From positions 384,001 to 448,000 of the forward strand of contig CAVPBK010000006.1 of assembly GCA_963701855.1 (NCBI GenBank): a stretch of DNA of 64,000 bases. The letters run 5' to 3'. Below, one piece after another: positions 10,565 through 20,857 of the stretch. A program made the translations under genes and the position numbers. Source of the stretch: Nitrospirota bacterium. Lineage in GTDB: Bacteria > Nitrospirota > Nitrospiria > Nitrospirales > Nitrospiraceae. How positions within the stretch are numbered: the first letter of the stretch is position 1; every line of letters begins with the position of its first letter. The notes beneath the pieces are model-generated. The model worked only from the letters and a program-made list of their open reading frames with translations, did no database searches and was not told where the DNA came from.

Positions 10565-11376
10565 CCCTCACTCTCGATCCTGACCTTATCCGTCCTCACA
10601 GCCTTTACTCCTGGGACCTGCCTGGCCGCTTCTGCCGCTTCCAACACAATCACTTGGAATCGGACGGCGCCGCTGAGTGACACGACTCCCTGTTCCGTCT
10701 TCACGTCGAAGTTGGCCGCGGTCACTGTCGCACTTTGGGCAAATCGTTCTTTGACATAGCGGGTAATGACGTCGTCTTGTTTGTGTGTGATGACGTCCTG
10801 CAGGTCTTTGATCACCTCCAGTTTGTTGGACACAGATTTCACGGTCGGTACCGTGCTCGCGATTTTTGCTGCGGCAGCCTTCTCCGTTTCGGTGGACACC
10901 CTCCCAGAAAGCGTGACCTCCTCAGACCCGGCGTCCACCTCGATCTCGTACGGAAACAGGCGGGGATCTTCCAGCAACGCGAGTTTGACCGTCAAAATCA
11001 GCGAGGATACTGCCTTCTTGCCCGTACCCTCTTTTTCTTTCTCTGCCCCCTCTTCTCTCACGTCTTTTTTTGCCTTTGACTCTTCCCCCTTGGATGTCTG
11101 TGTCTTCGGCTGAATCGGCTTCGATTCCTGAGCGGACAACTGGACTGGAGGTGGTTCTTTCTGTGGCTTGGTAGGAGGCATAGAGTCCCCTCCTTTGCCC
11201 TGATCGGCGAAAGATGGAGTTGATGTGCTTGCCCGCTGATCACTCTGGGCGAGCATCGGATTCTTGAGCTGATCCGCAAGCAGCGCACACAGGCAGAGCA
11301 CCAGGAGGGCTGCGCCCTGTCCGAAATCGCTGCGCTGCAACTGGGTCCGTTTCACATCTCTCACGTTCATGCCCAT
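10561..11376 (-). CDS. Periplasmic double BON-domain (OsmY-like) protein
   Basis: Two repeats VTLSGRV/VVSLSGAV...VPGVKAV. Confidence 0.88.
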   Translation of the reverse strand: MGMNVRDVKRTQLQRSDFGQGAALLVLCLCALLADQLKNPMLAQSDQRASTSTPSFADQGKGGDSMPPTKPQKEPPPVQLSAQESKPIQPKTQTSKGEESKAKKDVREEGAEKEKEGTGKKAVSSLILTVKLALLEDPRLFPYEIEVDAGSEEVTLSGRVSTETEKAAAAKIASTVPTVKSVSNKLEVIKDLQDVITHKQDDVITRYVKERFAQSATVTAANFDVKTEQGVVSLSGAVRFQVIVLEAAEAARQVPGVKAVRTDKVRIESEG

Positions 11377-11414
11377 CGAGATGAGTCAATGCGAGAAAAC
11401 CCGATGGAACCATT

Positions 11415-12698
11415 TCACACCGGCATGAATTCGGGCGCTGTCCTGTCGGGGCGTCGTCGACTAAAGGCAGCCGCAACGGTCGCGGTCCCCAACAACAGCA
11501 TCCCGATGCCCACAAGGCTCGTTGCTGGTCCAATGGCATCCGCCACCCAACCGAACCCTGCCATCCCGGCCATGGCGGAGGCCATGGCACCGGTGCTGAA
11601 GGTGGTAAAGACACGGCCTAAGAGGGGTTCGGGCGTCAATTCCTGCAACATGGCCCACACGATTGGCGTGAAGACCGCGGTGCTGCCGCCGAATACGATG
11701 ATGAGGGCAGCGGCCATCACCGGCGCCTGTAGCATGCCAAGCGTGCACACCGCCACGGCGCCGACAGCCAGAGCAGCGGATATCAACCGCAAGCGATTTT
11801 GGAAATCTCCCTGATTGATCCATGACAGCCAGGCTGACGCACCCAGCATCCCTATCCCGAGCGATGACCATAGCCATCCGAGTTCGACGGCACTCGCATC
11901 GAGAATTTGCGTCGCAAACACGGGCAGTAAGAACACGAAGGCGCTTGCCCCTAAACTATAGAGTGTGGCGGTGAGCATAAGAAGGAGCACGGTCCGATGC
12001 TGGATGAAGACAAACCGAAATCCGACCAAAAGATCTTGGAGGATCGAGGCTCTGTCAGCCATCTGCGCGCGCGCGTTCAGAGTTTCACGCAGGCGGATCG
12101 GCATGAGGCACATCGCGGACACCAAGAACGTCGCCGCATCAAGGTAGAGAACATTGTGGGCTCCGATCATGGCAATACCCACTCCGCTGACGGCCGGTCC
12201 GATCAGGAGACCGATATTCGTCGTGCTTTGAATCAACGCATTGGCGCCAGTCAGTTGAGCGCGAGGCACGAGAAGCGGAACAGCCGACGCCAATGCCGGA
12301 CCAAATACCGTAGAGACAATAGACGTCGCGAAGACGAGCACGTAGAGCCATTCGAGCGTCAGGATCTCCACGGCGTAGAGCAATGGGATCAGCATGACCA
12401 ATCCCGTACGGATGAGGTCTACCCAGATCATCACCGGTTTTTTCTTCACTCGGTCGAGATACACGCCGATGAGAGGACCGAAGACCAACGGCGGAATGGT
12501 CTGGAGCAATCCGATCACCGTCATTTTGAAAGCTGACCCTGTCAATTCATACACGAACCACAGCAGGGCCACTTTGTTCATGCTGTCGCCGATTTGAGAA
12601 ATGGCCTGGCCGGAAAACAGAAAGGCGAAACTCCTCGTCCTCAGTAATTCCCATCCTGATCCTGCCCGATGGACCCTCGCGCTATCATTCTCAACCAC
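11415..12698 (-). CDS. MFS transporter (DHA3-like), paralog of 9263-10564
   Basis: ISQIGD, GVYLDRVKKK; GTG start after GGAGG inferred. Confidence 0.9.
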   Translation of the reverse strand: MVENDSARVHRAGSGWELLRTRSFAFLFSGQAISQIGDSMNKVALLWFVYELTGSAFKMTVIGLLQTIPPLVFGPLIGVYLDRVKKKPVMIWVDLIRTGLVMLIPLLYAVEILTLEWLYVLVFATSIVSTVFGPALASAVPLLVPRAQLTGANALIQSTTNIGLLIGPAVSGVGIAMIGAHNVLYLDAATFLVSAMCLMPIRLRETLNARAQMADRASILQDLLVGFRFVFIQHRTVLLLMLTATLYSLGASAFVFLLPVFATQILDASAVELGWLWSSLGIGMLGASAWLSWINQGDFQNRLRLISAALAVGAVAVCTLGMLQAPVMAAALIIVFGGSTAVFTPIVWAMLQELTPEPLLGRVFTTFSTGAMASAMAGMAGFGWVADAIGPATSLVGIGMLLLGTATVAAAFSRRRPDRTAPEFMPV

Positions 12699-12781
12699 GA
12701 CGAAACCTCCTCGACTCTTCAACCGCAGATGCCGACTTGACACATCGCCCCGAGTCCTCTGGTGAACGCCGCACATCCCGT

Positions 12782-13468
12782 TCACATCCGGAGCCCTGCC
12801 CAAGGAGCCTCGGTATCTCGATGTCCTGTACTCAGAACCTGGGCAAACACCTTCCGGCTCGCCGCCATCTCAGGATGCTCCGTTCCAAGGGTTTTCTCGC
12901 TGATCTCAAGCGAACGACGAATGAAGCGCTCAGCATCCTCATAGTGGCCCTGTATGACTTGAAATATTGCGATCGTTCTCATCGTAGCCGCCGCAATCGG
13001 ATGCTCAGGCCCCAAATGTTGCATTGTCAGCAAGAGCGATTGCTTCAACAGAAGATCCGCTTCGGCATAGTGTCTCTGGGAAGCCTTCAGTATCCCCAAA
13101 TTCTTCAGGATGACGGCCATGTCAGGATGATCTGAACCCAGGACGGCCACACCTATTCCCAGTGAACGTTGGAACATATGTTCGGCTTGTTTGTACTTAT
13201 GGTGCTTGGCATACAGAATTCCAAGCTCGTTCAAGCTGCCGGCAAGGCGTGGATTGAGCGATCCTATCCGTTCAGCTTGTTCAATCTCAGCATGAATCAG
13301 ATGTTCCGCCCCGTCAGCTGGTCCTTGCTCAAAGCCTTGTTTCCCATCAGTCTCGGCGTTGTCCCAACGCATGCGAAGTTCATCACACCACCAGCCAGGC
13401 TTTAACGCAGCACCTACACCTGCCGGTCGGAGTGACGGTTCGGCAAGCTTAGATTCGCGTGTGGGCAT
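12782..13468 (-). CDS. Tetratricopeptide-repeat protein
   Basis: Repeats LGSDHPDMA, LGPEHPIAA, LGTEHPEMA. Confidence 0.85.
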   Translation of the reverse strand: MPTRESKLAEPSLRPAGVGAALKPGWWCDELRMRWDNAETDGKQGFEQGPADGAEHLIHAEIEQAERIGSLNPRLAGSLNELGILYAKHHKYKQAEHMFQRSLGIGVAVLGSDHPDMAVILKNLGILKASQRHYAEADLLLKQSLLLTMQHLGPEHPIAAATMRTIAIFQVIQGHYEDAERFIRRSLEISEKTLGTEHPEMAASRKVFAQVLSTGHRDTEAPWAGLRM

Positions 13469-13494
13469 GATCGTACTCTCCCGGGTTTCGTGAG

Positions 13495-13851
13495 TTATGG
13501 CTCGAGTCTCGTGACCGAAAGGGTGTGCCCTTTGGGCGAGATCTTTGCTTCGATTTTATCCCCCGGATTCACCCTTTTCCGGATTTTGGTATTGTCGTCG
13601 AGTTCGAGGCGCATCTCCTCACCGGCTTGACTGGTGATGACATAAAACTTGTCCTCGATATCGAGTGTGAGCTCGCCTTGAGGATCCTTGGCCATATGAA
13701 ATTTCCCTTCGACCTGAGCGACTTCGCCTGTCACGATCTTCGAAGGAGACGGTTCAGAAGGCGACCCGGCGTCCGCTCGAGTTTCCACAACCACTGCAAG
13801 CGCGACACTGACAATCACCATGGCAAGACTGCTCGAATCTAGAGACTTCAT
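13495..13851 (-). CDS. Small exported beta-barrel-like protein (same family as 4072)
   Basis: IVTGEVAQVEG...GEEMRLELDDNT...PGDKIEAKI. Confidence 0.7.
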   Translation of the reverse strand: MKSLDSSSLAMVIVSVALAVVVETRADAGSPSEPSPSKIVTGEVAQVEGKFHMAKDPQGELTLDIEDKFYVITSQAGEEMRLELDDNTKIRKRVNPGDKIEAKISPKGHTLSVTRLEP

Positions 13852-13917
13852 ATGACCTCCTCTGAGGCTGATGAAAGCCCTCTTCCTGCCCACCTCTACC
13901 CGGACACGCACGGACAT

Positions 13918-15006
13918 TTACGCACTGGTTAAGAACGTAGGCCAGGAAACGAAATTCATGGCCTCTGCCTCCCTTTCACAAGCATTACCGAGCGTCTGCT
14001 CATACACCCTGAGATAGTCTTGCGCCATTCTTTCCACAGTGAAGCGCTGCTCGAAGGTCCGGCGACATTGCCGGCGGTCGATATTAGGAATCCCCTTGAT
14101 GGCCGCCGTCATTTCGTCGAGTCCTTCACAGACAAATCCAGTGGATAGGTCATCAATAATTTCGGGAATAGACCCACGGCGATAGGCCAGCACTGGCGTT
14201 CCGGAGGCTAGCGCCTCTATCAGGACGAGCCCGAATGGTTCCGGCCAGTCGTAGGGACAAACGAGCGCCATTGCGTGACCCAGGAAGTCATGCTTTTCAG
14301 CGTCCGTAATCTCTCCGATATAGTCGATTAATGGATCAGAGAGAAGTGGTTTGATTGTTGTGTGAAAGTACTCCTGATCCATCGGATCGACCTTCGCAGC
14401 AATCCGCAAAGGAATCCCTACCCGCTTGGCGATTTCAATCGCATGATCCGGTCGCTTCTCGGGGGCGATTCGTCCCAAGAATGCCAGATAGTCTCCGGGA
14501 TTCGGATGCAAGCCGTACAGATCCCTTGGCAATCCGTGATAGACGGTAGCCTGCCAATTTGCCCAGGAGACCGGTTTCCGCTGAGAATTCGAAATCGACA
14601 CCATCGGCATCTCCGCATACTCGCGAAACACCGGCTCCAGTTCGGGCAGATCGAGCCGACCATGGAATGTGGTCACCGTTGGGGTTGGATTCCGCCTGGC
14701 GAGAGGGAAACCCATGAAATCGAGATGGGAATGAATGATGTCAAAATCGCCGGTTTTTCCGAGGGCCTGCTCCATCAGCATTGTCATGGGTGCATCGCGA
14801 TTGAAGATTCCTGTATTCAATCGCAGGGCGCGAGCGCAGATCGCTTCAAGGCGAGCGGTCGTGACCGAGTCTCCGCTCGCGAACAGGGTCACGTCGTGAC
14901 CGAGCCGAACCAGCTCTTCGGTGAGGTAGGACACGATCCGTTCCGTTCCTCCGTAGAGCTTCGGAGGAACGCTCTCCCACAAGGGTGCGACCTGGGCAAT
15001 TCTCAT
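13918..15006 (-). CDS. Glycosyltransferase family 4
   Basis: MRIAQVAP..PPKLYGGTE, FLGRIAPEK, EPFGLVLIEA. Confidence 0.93.
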   Translation of the reverse strand: MRIAQVAPLWESVPPKLYGGTERIVSYLTEELVRLGHDVTLFASGDSVTTARLEAICARALRLNTGIFNRDAPMTMLMEQALGKTGDFDIIHSHLDFMGFPLARRNPTPTVTTFHGRLDLPELEPVFREYAEMPMVSISNSQRKPVSWANWQATVYHGLPRDLYGLHPNPGDYLAFLGRIAPEKRPDHAIEIAKRVGIPLRIAAKVDPMDQEYFHTTIKPLLSDPLIDYIGEITDAEKHDFLGHAMALVCPYDWPEPFGLVLIEALASGTPVLAYRRGSIPEIIDDLSTGFVCEGLDEMTAAIKGIPNIDRRQCRRTFEQRFTVERMAQDYLRVYEQTLGNACEREAEAMNFVSWPTFLTSA

Positions 15007-15030
15007 CGGACTGCTCCTTTCATTATCGAC

Positions 15031-15258
15031 TTATTTAGCGGGCCGAAGTGCGACGACTCTCTCACCGATAATCACATCTGCCTCGATTCTCTCCCCCGGG
15101 ACCAGCAGGCGCTCACGCTTTGTATTGTTATCGACGTGGAGATATACGAGCCTCCCGAAGACGTCTTTGATCACCCATACGTCGCCTTTGATGGATAAGA
15201 GATCACCCTTGATCGTGAGTGGAGACGTTCTCACTGTCAGCCATGGCGCTGGGAGCAA
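15031..15258 (-). pseudogene. N-terminally truncated member of the exported beta-barrel family
   Basis: TIKGDLLSIKGD...LHVDNNT...PGERIEA with no signal peptide. Confidence 0.5.
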
Positions 15259-15343
15259 CGAGGCTTAGTCCAAACAGCAGAACGATCATGCAACTCAGGA
15301 CGCTGGACATGGTGACACCTCTTTTATTGAAAGGCTGAAGGGT

Positions 15344-15607
15344 TTATATCCTTCGCCTTGAGATCGATACTGCGATTGCCGCTTGTGGCCGACGGAACTT
15401 CGTGCCCGAGACGCGACTGAACCGGTCAGTCTTTGCGGTTCCTGCAACACGTCGGATAATAGTAAGAGGCCCGCCTGCTTGCCCGGATAAACCGATCGCA
15501 CCGCAATTGACACAGCGCCATCCACCATAGGCCCAGCCTCCAAGGGAACTCGCACCTCCAATAAAGTGATCAGCCACCACCAGCCCGGCACAACGTTCGC
15601 ATCTCAT
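15344..15607 (-). CDS. Small Zn-finger hypothetical protein
   Basis: MRCERC...WRCVNCG. Confidence 0.65.
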   Translation of the reverse strand: MRCERCAGLVVADHFIGGASSLGGWAYGGWRCVNCGAIGLSGQAGGPLTIIRRVAGTAKTDRFSRVSGTKFRRPQAAIAVSISRRRI

Positions 15608-15611
15608 GGTT

Positions 15612-16061
15612 TCAACCTTTCTCTAGACGTCTGGTGCTGTTCCAACAACGCCCTGGGCTTTCGTATGCCTCGCTCAGCACACGTCCCTCTTGCACGCGCC
15701 GAACGGCAGCGAGCAATTCTTCATTCCGAAACGGCTTCTGCACAAAGGGCAGCGCGGTAAGCTGCTGGTAGCCGAGCCGCAAGGGCAACCGATCGCGCAC
15801 TGCCTGTGGAACCTGCAGACCAATCAACACAAGCGGCAGGGACTGGTCGTAAGTGTGAAACCTATTGGGCCAGCACAGTTCATTTTCTGCAGGGGTCGTA
15901 TCGATATCCAGAATCACCGTGCTGGGAGATTGAACGCGGTCCATTTCCTCTTCTATAAAGGTGCTCACGACGCTCACCTCATACCCGTTGTGCCGAAGCA
16001 CCTCCGCCAAGACAGCCCCTAACACGACATCGGCCTCGACCAGAAGTATTCGTCCAGTCAC
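15612..16061 (-). CDS. Atypical single-domain response regulator
   Basis: RILLVEAD...GYEV...ILDID...QKPF; GTG start inferred downstream of the sigma54 site. Confidence 0.7.
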   Translation of the reverse strand: MTGRILLVEADVVLGAVLAEVLRHNGYEVSVVSTFIEEEMDRVQSPSTVILDIDTTPAENELCWPNRFHTYDQSLPLVLIGLQVPQAVRDRLPLRLGYQQLTALPFVQKPFRNEELLAAVRRVQEGRVLSEAYESPGRCWNSTRRLEKG

Positions 16062-16103
16062 GATGGGTAATTCCCGATGCGAGCTGCCATATCGTGGCGA
16101 ATG

Positions 16104-16119
16104 AGCAAGCCGGATGCCT
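16104..16119 (-). promoter_or_regulatory. Sigma54 -24/-12 promoter
   Basis: AGGCATCCGGCTTGCT heading the long leftward gene run. Confidence 0.65.
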
Positions 16120-16230
16120 GAAAATGATTTCATGTGCTGGTTGCTACAAGTTCGCGGAAGATTCGAGGTTTTACCCCGATGACTGTTGCTGCTCGATGTG
16201 AGATGTCGCAGATCGCTCACCCAGAAGAGA

Positions 16231-16263
16231 GACAACTTATTCCGCTGCAGACATCTTGTCTCA
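16231..16263. promoter_or_regulatory. Putative enhancer (UAS) tandem site
   Basis: GACAACTTATTCCG-N5-GACATCTTGTCTCA; near-identical motif at 19299-19332. Confidence 0.5.
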
Positions 16264-16285
16264 AATTCCGATTGAACAAGGAAAT

Positions 16286-17935
16286 ATGAGGGACTACCAT
16301 GGACCTATGCTGAACCGGTGGCACCGGCTGAGCCTTCAAGTCAAGATGACGCTGATGGTCATCCTCATCGTCGGCGTCTCGGCTGGCACGACTGAATGGC
16401 TCGAAACCCGCTCGATACAGCACACGGTGGAAGACAACGTCCGAAACGCGGCACTCGCCGTTGGGCGAGCCGTCGACCAGAACGTGACGACTCTTGCCCA
16501 GCTGTCGAATCGGGAGGCGCGGACCAAAGAGCTGGAAAAGATCCTCGCGACGCTGCCGGATCTTCTCAACATTGTGCTGTATGAGTTTCCACCAGGACCG
16601 GAAGTAAGTCCTCTCGCGATTGCGAGCGCAGGCCCTACGGAGTTGCTCCTTCTCACACACCCGCGTCAGGAGAGGGCTCAAGCCCTTGTTCAGCGGGTGC
16701 GCGAAGAACGGCAGCCCCTCATTGATTATGCTGATCGAACGAATACCCATCACGTCTTCTTGGCTGCCCCGATATCCTTGAGGGGTGTCGTCGTTGGGGC
16801 CACCTATGCCGAGTTCTCTACCCTGCAAATGGACGAGGCCTTGGAATCATTGCGGCAAGCCTCCAGAACGCGACGATTGCTGACGGGATTGGCGATCGTG
16901 ATCGCGATTAATCTGTTTCTGTACTTCAAGGTGCATCACCCGGTGAAACGGCTGTTCACCGCCGTCGAATCAGTTTCTCAGGGAACCATGAACTCGGTTG
17001 TCTTGGTTGAAGAACAGGATGAACTTGGAGAACTTGCCGGTAGATTCAACGACATGGTGAGGAAGATCCGGGAAGCCACTCACGACAACACTCAATTAAC
17101 AGAATCCCTTCGGGCTATGAACGACAACCTCCAGCTGAAAGTCGGCGAGGCGACCGCCGAGGTGTTGCAAAAGAATCGAGCGCTGGCCCACACGAACGAA
17201 CTCCTCTCGGCGGCGCAGCGGGATGCGGCCCGTGCTCAACGCCTGTCGGCGCTTGGACAGATGGCGGCTACCGTGGCGCACAAGATCGGCACGCCCTTGA
17301 CCGCTCTGTCCGGTCATATCCAACTCATGGCCGAAGATCCGACTCTGAGCACAGAGTCTCGACAACGGCTGGAGACGGTGGAGGCTCAAATCGAGCGTAC
17401 ATCGAAGATTATTCAAGACATGTTGTTGTATGCCAGGAGACCGGAACCGGTTCGTTCTCCCCTCGATCTGAACGCGTGTGTGGCTGAATGTCTCGCGCTC
17501 TTCAGACCGGAATTCGAACGAAGGAAGATTACGCTGGTCAGCGAATGGAGTGAGCATGTGGAGAAAGTCGAGGCCGATGTCCAGCAGCTTCAGGAAGTAT
17601 TTAACAATTTGATCGAAAATGCACTCGATGCGATGCCGGCTGGTGGAACCTTGACCACGCGGATCTCTCCTCACACCAAGTCAGAGCAGTCGGACCCTCA
17701 AACCTGGGTGGAGATGGAATTCGTGGACACAGGCTGCGGGATGGAAGCTGATCAAATGGCTCAGATCTTTCAGCCGTTTTTCACGACGAAAAAGGCGAGG
17801 CGCGGTACAGGTTTGGGGTTAGCGATCGCAGTGGAAACAATACGGGCGCACGGAGGTCAAATCAAGGTGGAGAGCGATCCGGGAAAAGGGTCTAGGTTTA
17901 CGATCGTGCTTCCAACCGATGGAGGATTGCGCTGA
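16286..17935 (+). CDS. Membrane sensor histidine kinase (HAMP, HisKA, HATPase_c)
   Basis: 2 TM, DELGELA HAMP, AHKIGTPL H-box, NALDAM, DTGCG, PFFTTK, GTGLGL. Confidence 0.95.
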   Translation: MRDYHGPMLNRWHRLSLQVKMTLMVILIVGVSAGTTEWLETRSIQHTVEDNVRNAALAVGRAVDQNVTTLAQLSNREARTKELEKILATLPDLLNIVLYEFPPGPEVSPLAIASAGPTELLLLTHPRQERAQALVQRVREERQPLIDYADRTNTHHVFLAAPISLRGVVVGATYAEFSTLQMDEALESLRQASRTRRLLTGLAIVIAINLFLYFKVHHPVKRLFTAVESVSQGTMNSVVLVEEQDELGELAGRFNDMVRKIREATHDNTQLTESLRAMNDNLQLKVGEATAEVLQKNRALAHTNELLSAAQRDAARAQRLSALGQMAATVAHKIGTPLTALSGHIQLMAEDPTLSTESRQRLETVEAQIERTSKIIQDMLLYARRPEPVRSPLDLNACVAECLALFRPEFERRKITLVSEWSEHVEKVEADVQQLQEVFNNLIENALDAMPAGGTLTTRISPHTKSEQSDPQTWVEMEFVDTGCGMEADQMAQIFQPFFTTKKARRGTGLGLAIAVETIRAHGGQIKVESDPGKGSRFTIVLPTDGGLR

Positions 17936-19287
17936 TGCTCCGAGAATCTCGCGTGATGGTCGTGGACGATGACGCCGAAACATTAGCCTTGCTGCGCGAA
18001 ATCGTGGTCAAGGAGGGATATCAGGTTGAGACCGCCGAAGACGGGGAGTCTGCCTTGCGGCAACTTGCCGAATGGCAACCGGACTTGCTGATCACCGATA
18101 TTCATATGCCAGGAATGGATGGACTGGCCTTGCTGGCCGCAGTGCGAGAGAAGGCGCCGGATGTCCTGGTGATTCTGTTGACCGCCTATGGGTCCCTCAA
18201 GACAGCGGTGGATGCCATCAAGGCCGGGGCTTTCGATTATCTCAGCAAGCCCTTTGTCGTGGATGACATTCGGTTGGTGGTTCGGCGCGCACTCGAACAC
18301 AAGAAGTTAGTCCGAGAGAATCGGTCATTGCGCGACCAACTGCGTGAACGGTACCGATTCGACAACCTGGTGGGAAGCAGTGCCGGGATGGTGGCGGTAT
18401 ATAAACTCATTGCCCGCGTCGCGGAGACGGAGAGCACGGTTCTGATTCAAGGAGAAAGCGGGACCGGAAAGGAACTGATCGCGCGCGCGATCCATGCCAA
18501 CAGCACCAGGAGCAACGGACCGTTCGTCGCAATCGATACAGGTTCGTTGGCTGAAACGCTCCTCGAATCCGAGCTGTTTGGACATGAGCGCGGCGCGTTT
18601 ACCGGAGCCATCGCCAGCAAGAAGGGCCTGCTCGAACAAGCGCACCTGGGCACCTGCTTTTTGGACGAGATCGCGGATCTCTCACCAGTGATGCAAAGCA
18701 AGCTGCTCCGATCGCTACAGGAACGCGAGATTCGACGCGTCGGGAGTGAGACACCTCGTGCCATCGATGTCAGAATCATCGCCGCATCGAAAAAGGAGTT
18801 GAAACCTCTCGTCGAAGCCGGGACATTTCGGGAGGATCTTTTTTACCGTCTTGAAGTCGTCACCATTGTCCTTCCTCCGTTGCGTGAGCGCACTGAGGAT
18901 ATTCCGCTTCTGAGCCGGTATTTCGTCGACAAATTCGGCCGGACCAAGGAAAAGCCGGTGACGGGTCTCTCGCCGGAAACCATTCCTTTGCTGACACGCT
19001 ATTCATGGCCCGGCAACGTCCGCGAGCTCGAGCATGTGATCGAGCGAGCCATTGCCTTGACCCCGCATCCCATCATCACAGCAGAGGATTTGCCGGAGAC
19101 CATCCGGACAACGACCCTGCAAGACCAGGCTAGGGCTCGCGGATGGGACACCCTTGAGGATATGGAAAAAAATTACATTCTGCGCGTGCTGGAGGCCCAT
19201 CATCAGGACCATGGTCAGGCATCCGCGATCCTTGGGATCCATCGTAAAACGCTCCTTCGCAAGCTCCGCCACTACGGTCAAGTCTGA
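17935..19287 (+). CDS. Sigma54-dependent NtrC/AtoC-family response regulator
   Basis: REC domain, GESGTGKE, GAFTGA, WPGNVRELE, Fis-type HTH. Confidence 0.96.
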   Translation: MLRESRVMVVDDDAETLALLREIVVKEGYQVETAEDGESALRQLAEWQPDLLITDIHMPGMDGLALLAAVREKAPDVLVILLTAYGSLKTAVDAIKAGAFDYLSKPFVVDDIRLVVRRALEHKKLVRENRSLRDQLRERYRFDNLVGSSAGMVAVYKLIARVAETESTVLIQGESGTGKELIARAIHANSTRSNGPFVAIDTGSLAETLLESELFGHERGAFTGAIASKKGLLEQAHLGTCFLDEIADLSPVMQSKLLRSLQEREIRRVGSETPRAIDVRIIAASKKELKPLVEAGTFREDLFYRLEVVTIVLPPLRERTEDIPLLSRYFVDKFGRTKEKPVTGLSPETIPLLTRYSWPGNVRELEHVIERAIALTPHPIITAEDLPETIRTTTLQDQARARGWDTLEDMEKNYILRVLEAHHQDHGQASAILGIHRKTLLRKLRHYGQV

Positions 19288-19298
19288 CCCGATCAACG

Positions 19299-19332
19299 GT
19301 CAACCTGTTCCCGCATGTGACAACTTGTCTCA
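19299..19332. promoter_or_regulatory. Putative enhancer (UAS) tandem site
   Basis: GTCAACCTGTTCCC-N6-GACAACTTGTCTCA, about 175 bp upstream of the sigma54 site at 19506. Confidence 0.5.
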
Positions 19333-19505
19333 GAGGGCCAGAAGTCCGCATCCCCTCAGGCATTCTTGCTGATCTTCCCCGGTCTCAGCGGCAACTTGTG
19401 CCCGCGCACACTCGATTTTCACCGGCTCCTGATGGTTGCCATTCGATCGGCTATCGAGTTGATTTGCCGATGAATTCCTCTTGAAAGACTCCTTTCATGC
19501 TAACG

Positions 19506-19521
19506 CGGCCCATCGTTTGCT
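19506..19521 (+). promoter_or_regulatory. Sigma54 -24/-12 promoter
   Basis: CGGCCCATCGTTTGCT upstream of the response regulator. Confidence 0.55.
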
Positions 19522-19616
19522 CTATTATTTAATCAACTTTCAATTTCCCTTATGCCGACAGCGTGGCTGTCATTGATGCGGATGGATAAGGAAGCTAGAA
19601 AGGAGACCAGAGCACT

Positions 19617-19997
19617 ATGGAACGGAACAACAAAAGCGTATTAGTCGTCGATGATGATCATGATTTGCGCTACATACTTTCCGTCAGGCTCGTCAGCGCC
19701 GGCTACATGGTCTATGGGGCGGCAAACGGATTGGAGGCTTTGGAGCAGATGGGCAAATACTCCGTAGATGTCGTGCTGACTGACTACCGTATGCCTAAGA
19801 TGGACGGCTTCGAATTCTTATCACTCTGCCGTATGAAGTGGCCTGGAACCCCTGTCGTGGTTTTCTCTGCAGAACAGGATGATCTGGCCCACGAAGCGCT
19901 TGAGCGGGGAGCATTCGCATGGGTTCGCAAGGGAAGTGAATACACGATGCTCTTGGAGATCCTTGCGGCAGCGGTTCAACAGTCAGTCCATGCGTGA
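19617..19997 (+). CDS. Single-domain response regulator
   Basis: VLVVDDD...TDYRMPKMDG...VRK. Confidence 0.9.
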   Translation: MERNNKSVLVVDDDHDLRYILSVRLVSAGYMVYGAANGLEALEQMGKYSVDVVLTDYRMPKMDGFEFLSLCRMKWPGTPVVVFSAEQDDLAHEALERGAFAWVRKGSEYTMLLEILAAAVQQSVHA

Positions 19998-20231
19998 GAG
20001 AGTTGAACACAGTGGCGGTAGGCTAAATATTCTGGACAAGGAGAGCGACCCTATACGTCGAGGGACTCGCTGGTGACCCATGCCCGTGATCTGCTCCCTG
20101 TAGTTGTATCAGCCACGGTTCCCAACGCGGGCGATCGCTCCCTCAACAGCGAACACGACGAAATGATTCGTACGACAAGATCGTGCCCCTGCCCCACAAG
20201 TTCACATTTCAGGCAAGTCTTTTTGGAATCG

Positions 20232-20726
20232 CTACTTAGACTGCATGGCCATTTGAGCAAAGAACTCACCCGACCGCTTCCGCATTTCTTCAGGCGTGAG
20301 GTCCTCTTTGCGGGTCGCCAGGTTCCACTTGTGGCCGAATGGATCGGTAAGTTGCCCGCACCGATCGCCCCAGAACATATCCGCCACCGGCATATCCGCT
20401 CTTGCGCCGGCTGACACAGCGCGTGTGAAAGCCTGATCCGCATCTTCAACATAGAGGTAGAGACTCACGGGCGTGCCTCCAAGACTTTGCGGCCCGCGAC
20501 ATCCCATCTCGGAATGTTCCTCACCCAGCATGATGATCGAATCCCCGATCTTGATTTCAGCGTGCATGATGCTTTTCTCATCGGGTCCGAGAACGCGCAT
20601 GCACTCCTCCGCGCCGAACGCGCGTGTGTAAAACCCGATGGCCTTCTCAGCATCCTTCACTGTGAGAGCCGGTGTGACGGTATGAAAACCGGCAGGAACA
20701 GGAACTGGCTTCGTTGATGGTGTCAT
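20232..20726 (-). CDS. VOC/glyoxalase (PhnB-like) protein
   Basis: TVTPAL..AIGFY..AFGA, HAEIKIG, MFWGDR.GQLTDPFGHKW. Confidence 0.9.
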   Translation of the reverse strand: MTPSTKPVPVPAGFHTVTPALTVKDAEKAIGFYTRAFGAEECMRVLGPDEKSIMHAEIKIGDSIIMLGEEHSEMGCRGPQSLGGTPVSLYLYVEDADQAFTRAVSAGARADMPVADMFWGDRCGQLTDPFGHKWNLATRKEDLTPEEMRKRSGEFFAQMAMQSK

Positions 20727-20841
20727 GGTGTCCTCCTTTGTAAAGCCCGTGGGAATCAACCTCCCTTGTTGCCGATCATTCTTTGTTCCAACAACAAGAG
20801 ACCAATGGGGGCATCTTCACCTCTTAGCCGAGGCACAGACC

Positions 20842-20857
20842 AGCAATGGTCATGCCG
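20842..20857 (-). promoter_or_regulatory. Sigma54 -24/-12 promoter
   Basis: CGGCATGACCATTGCT upstream of the VOC gene. Confidence 0.6.
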
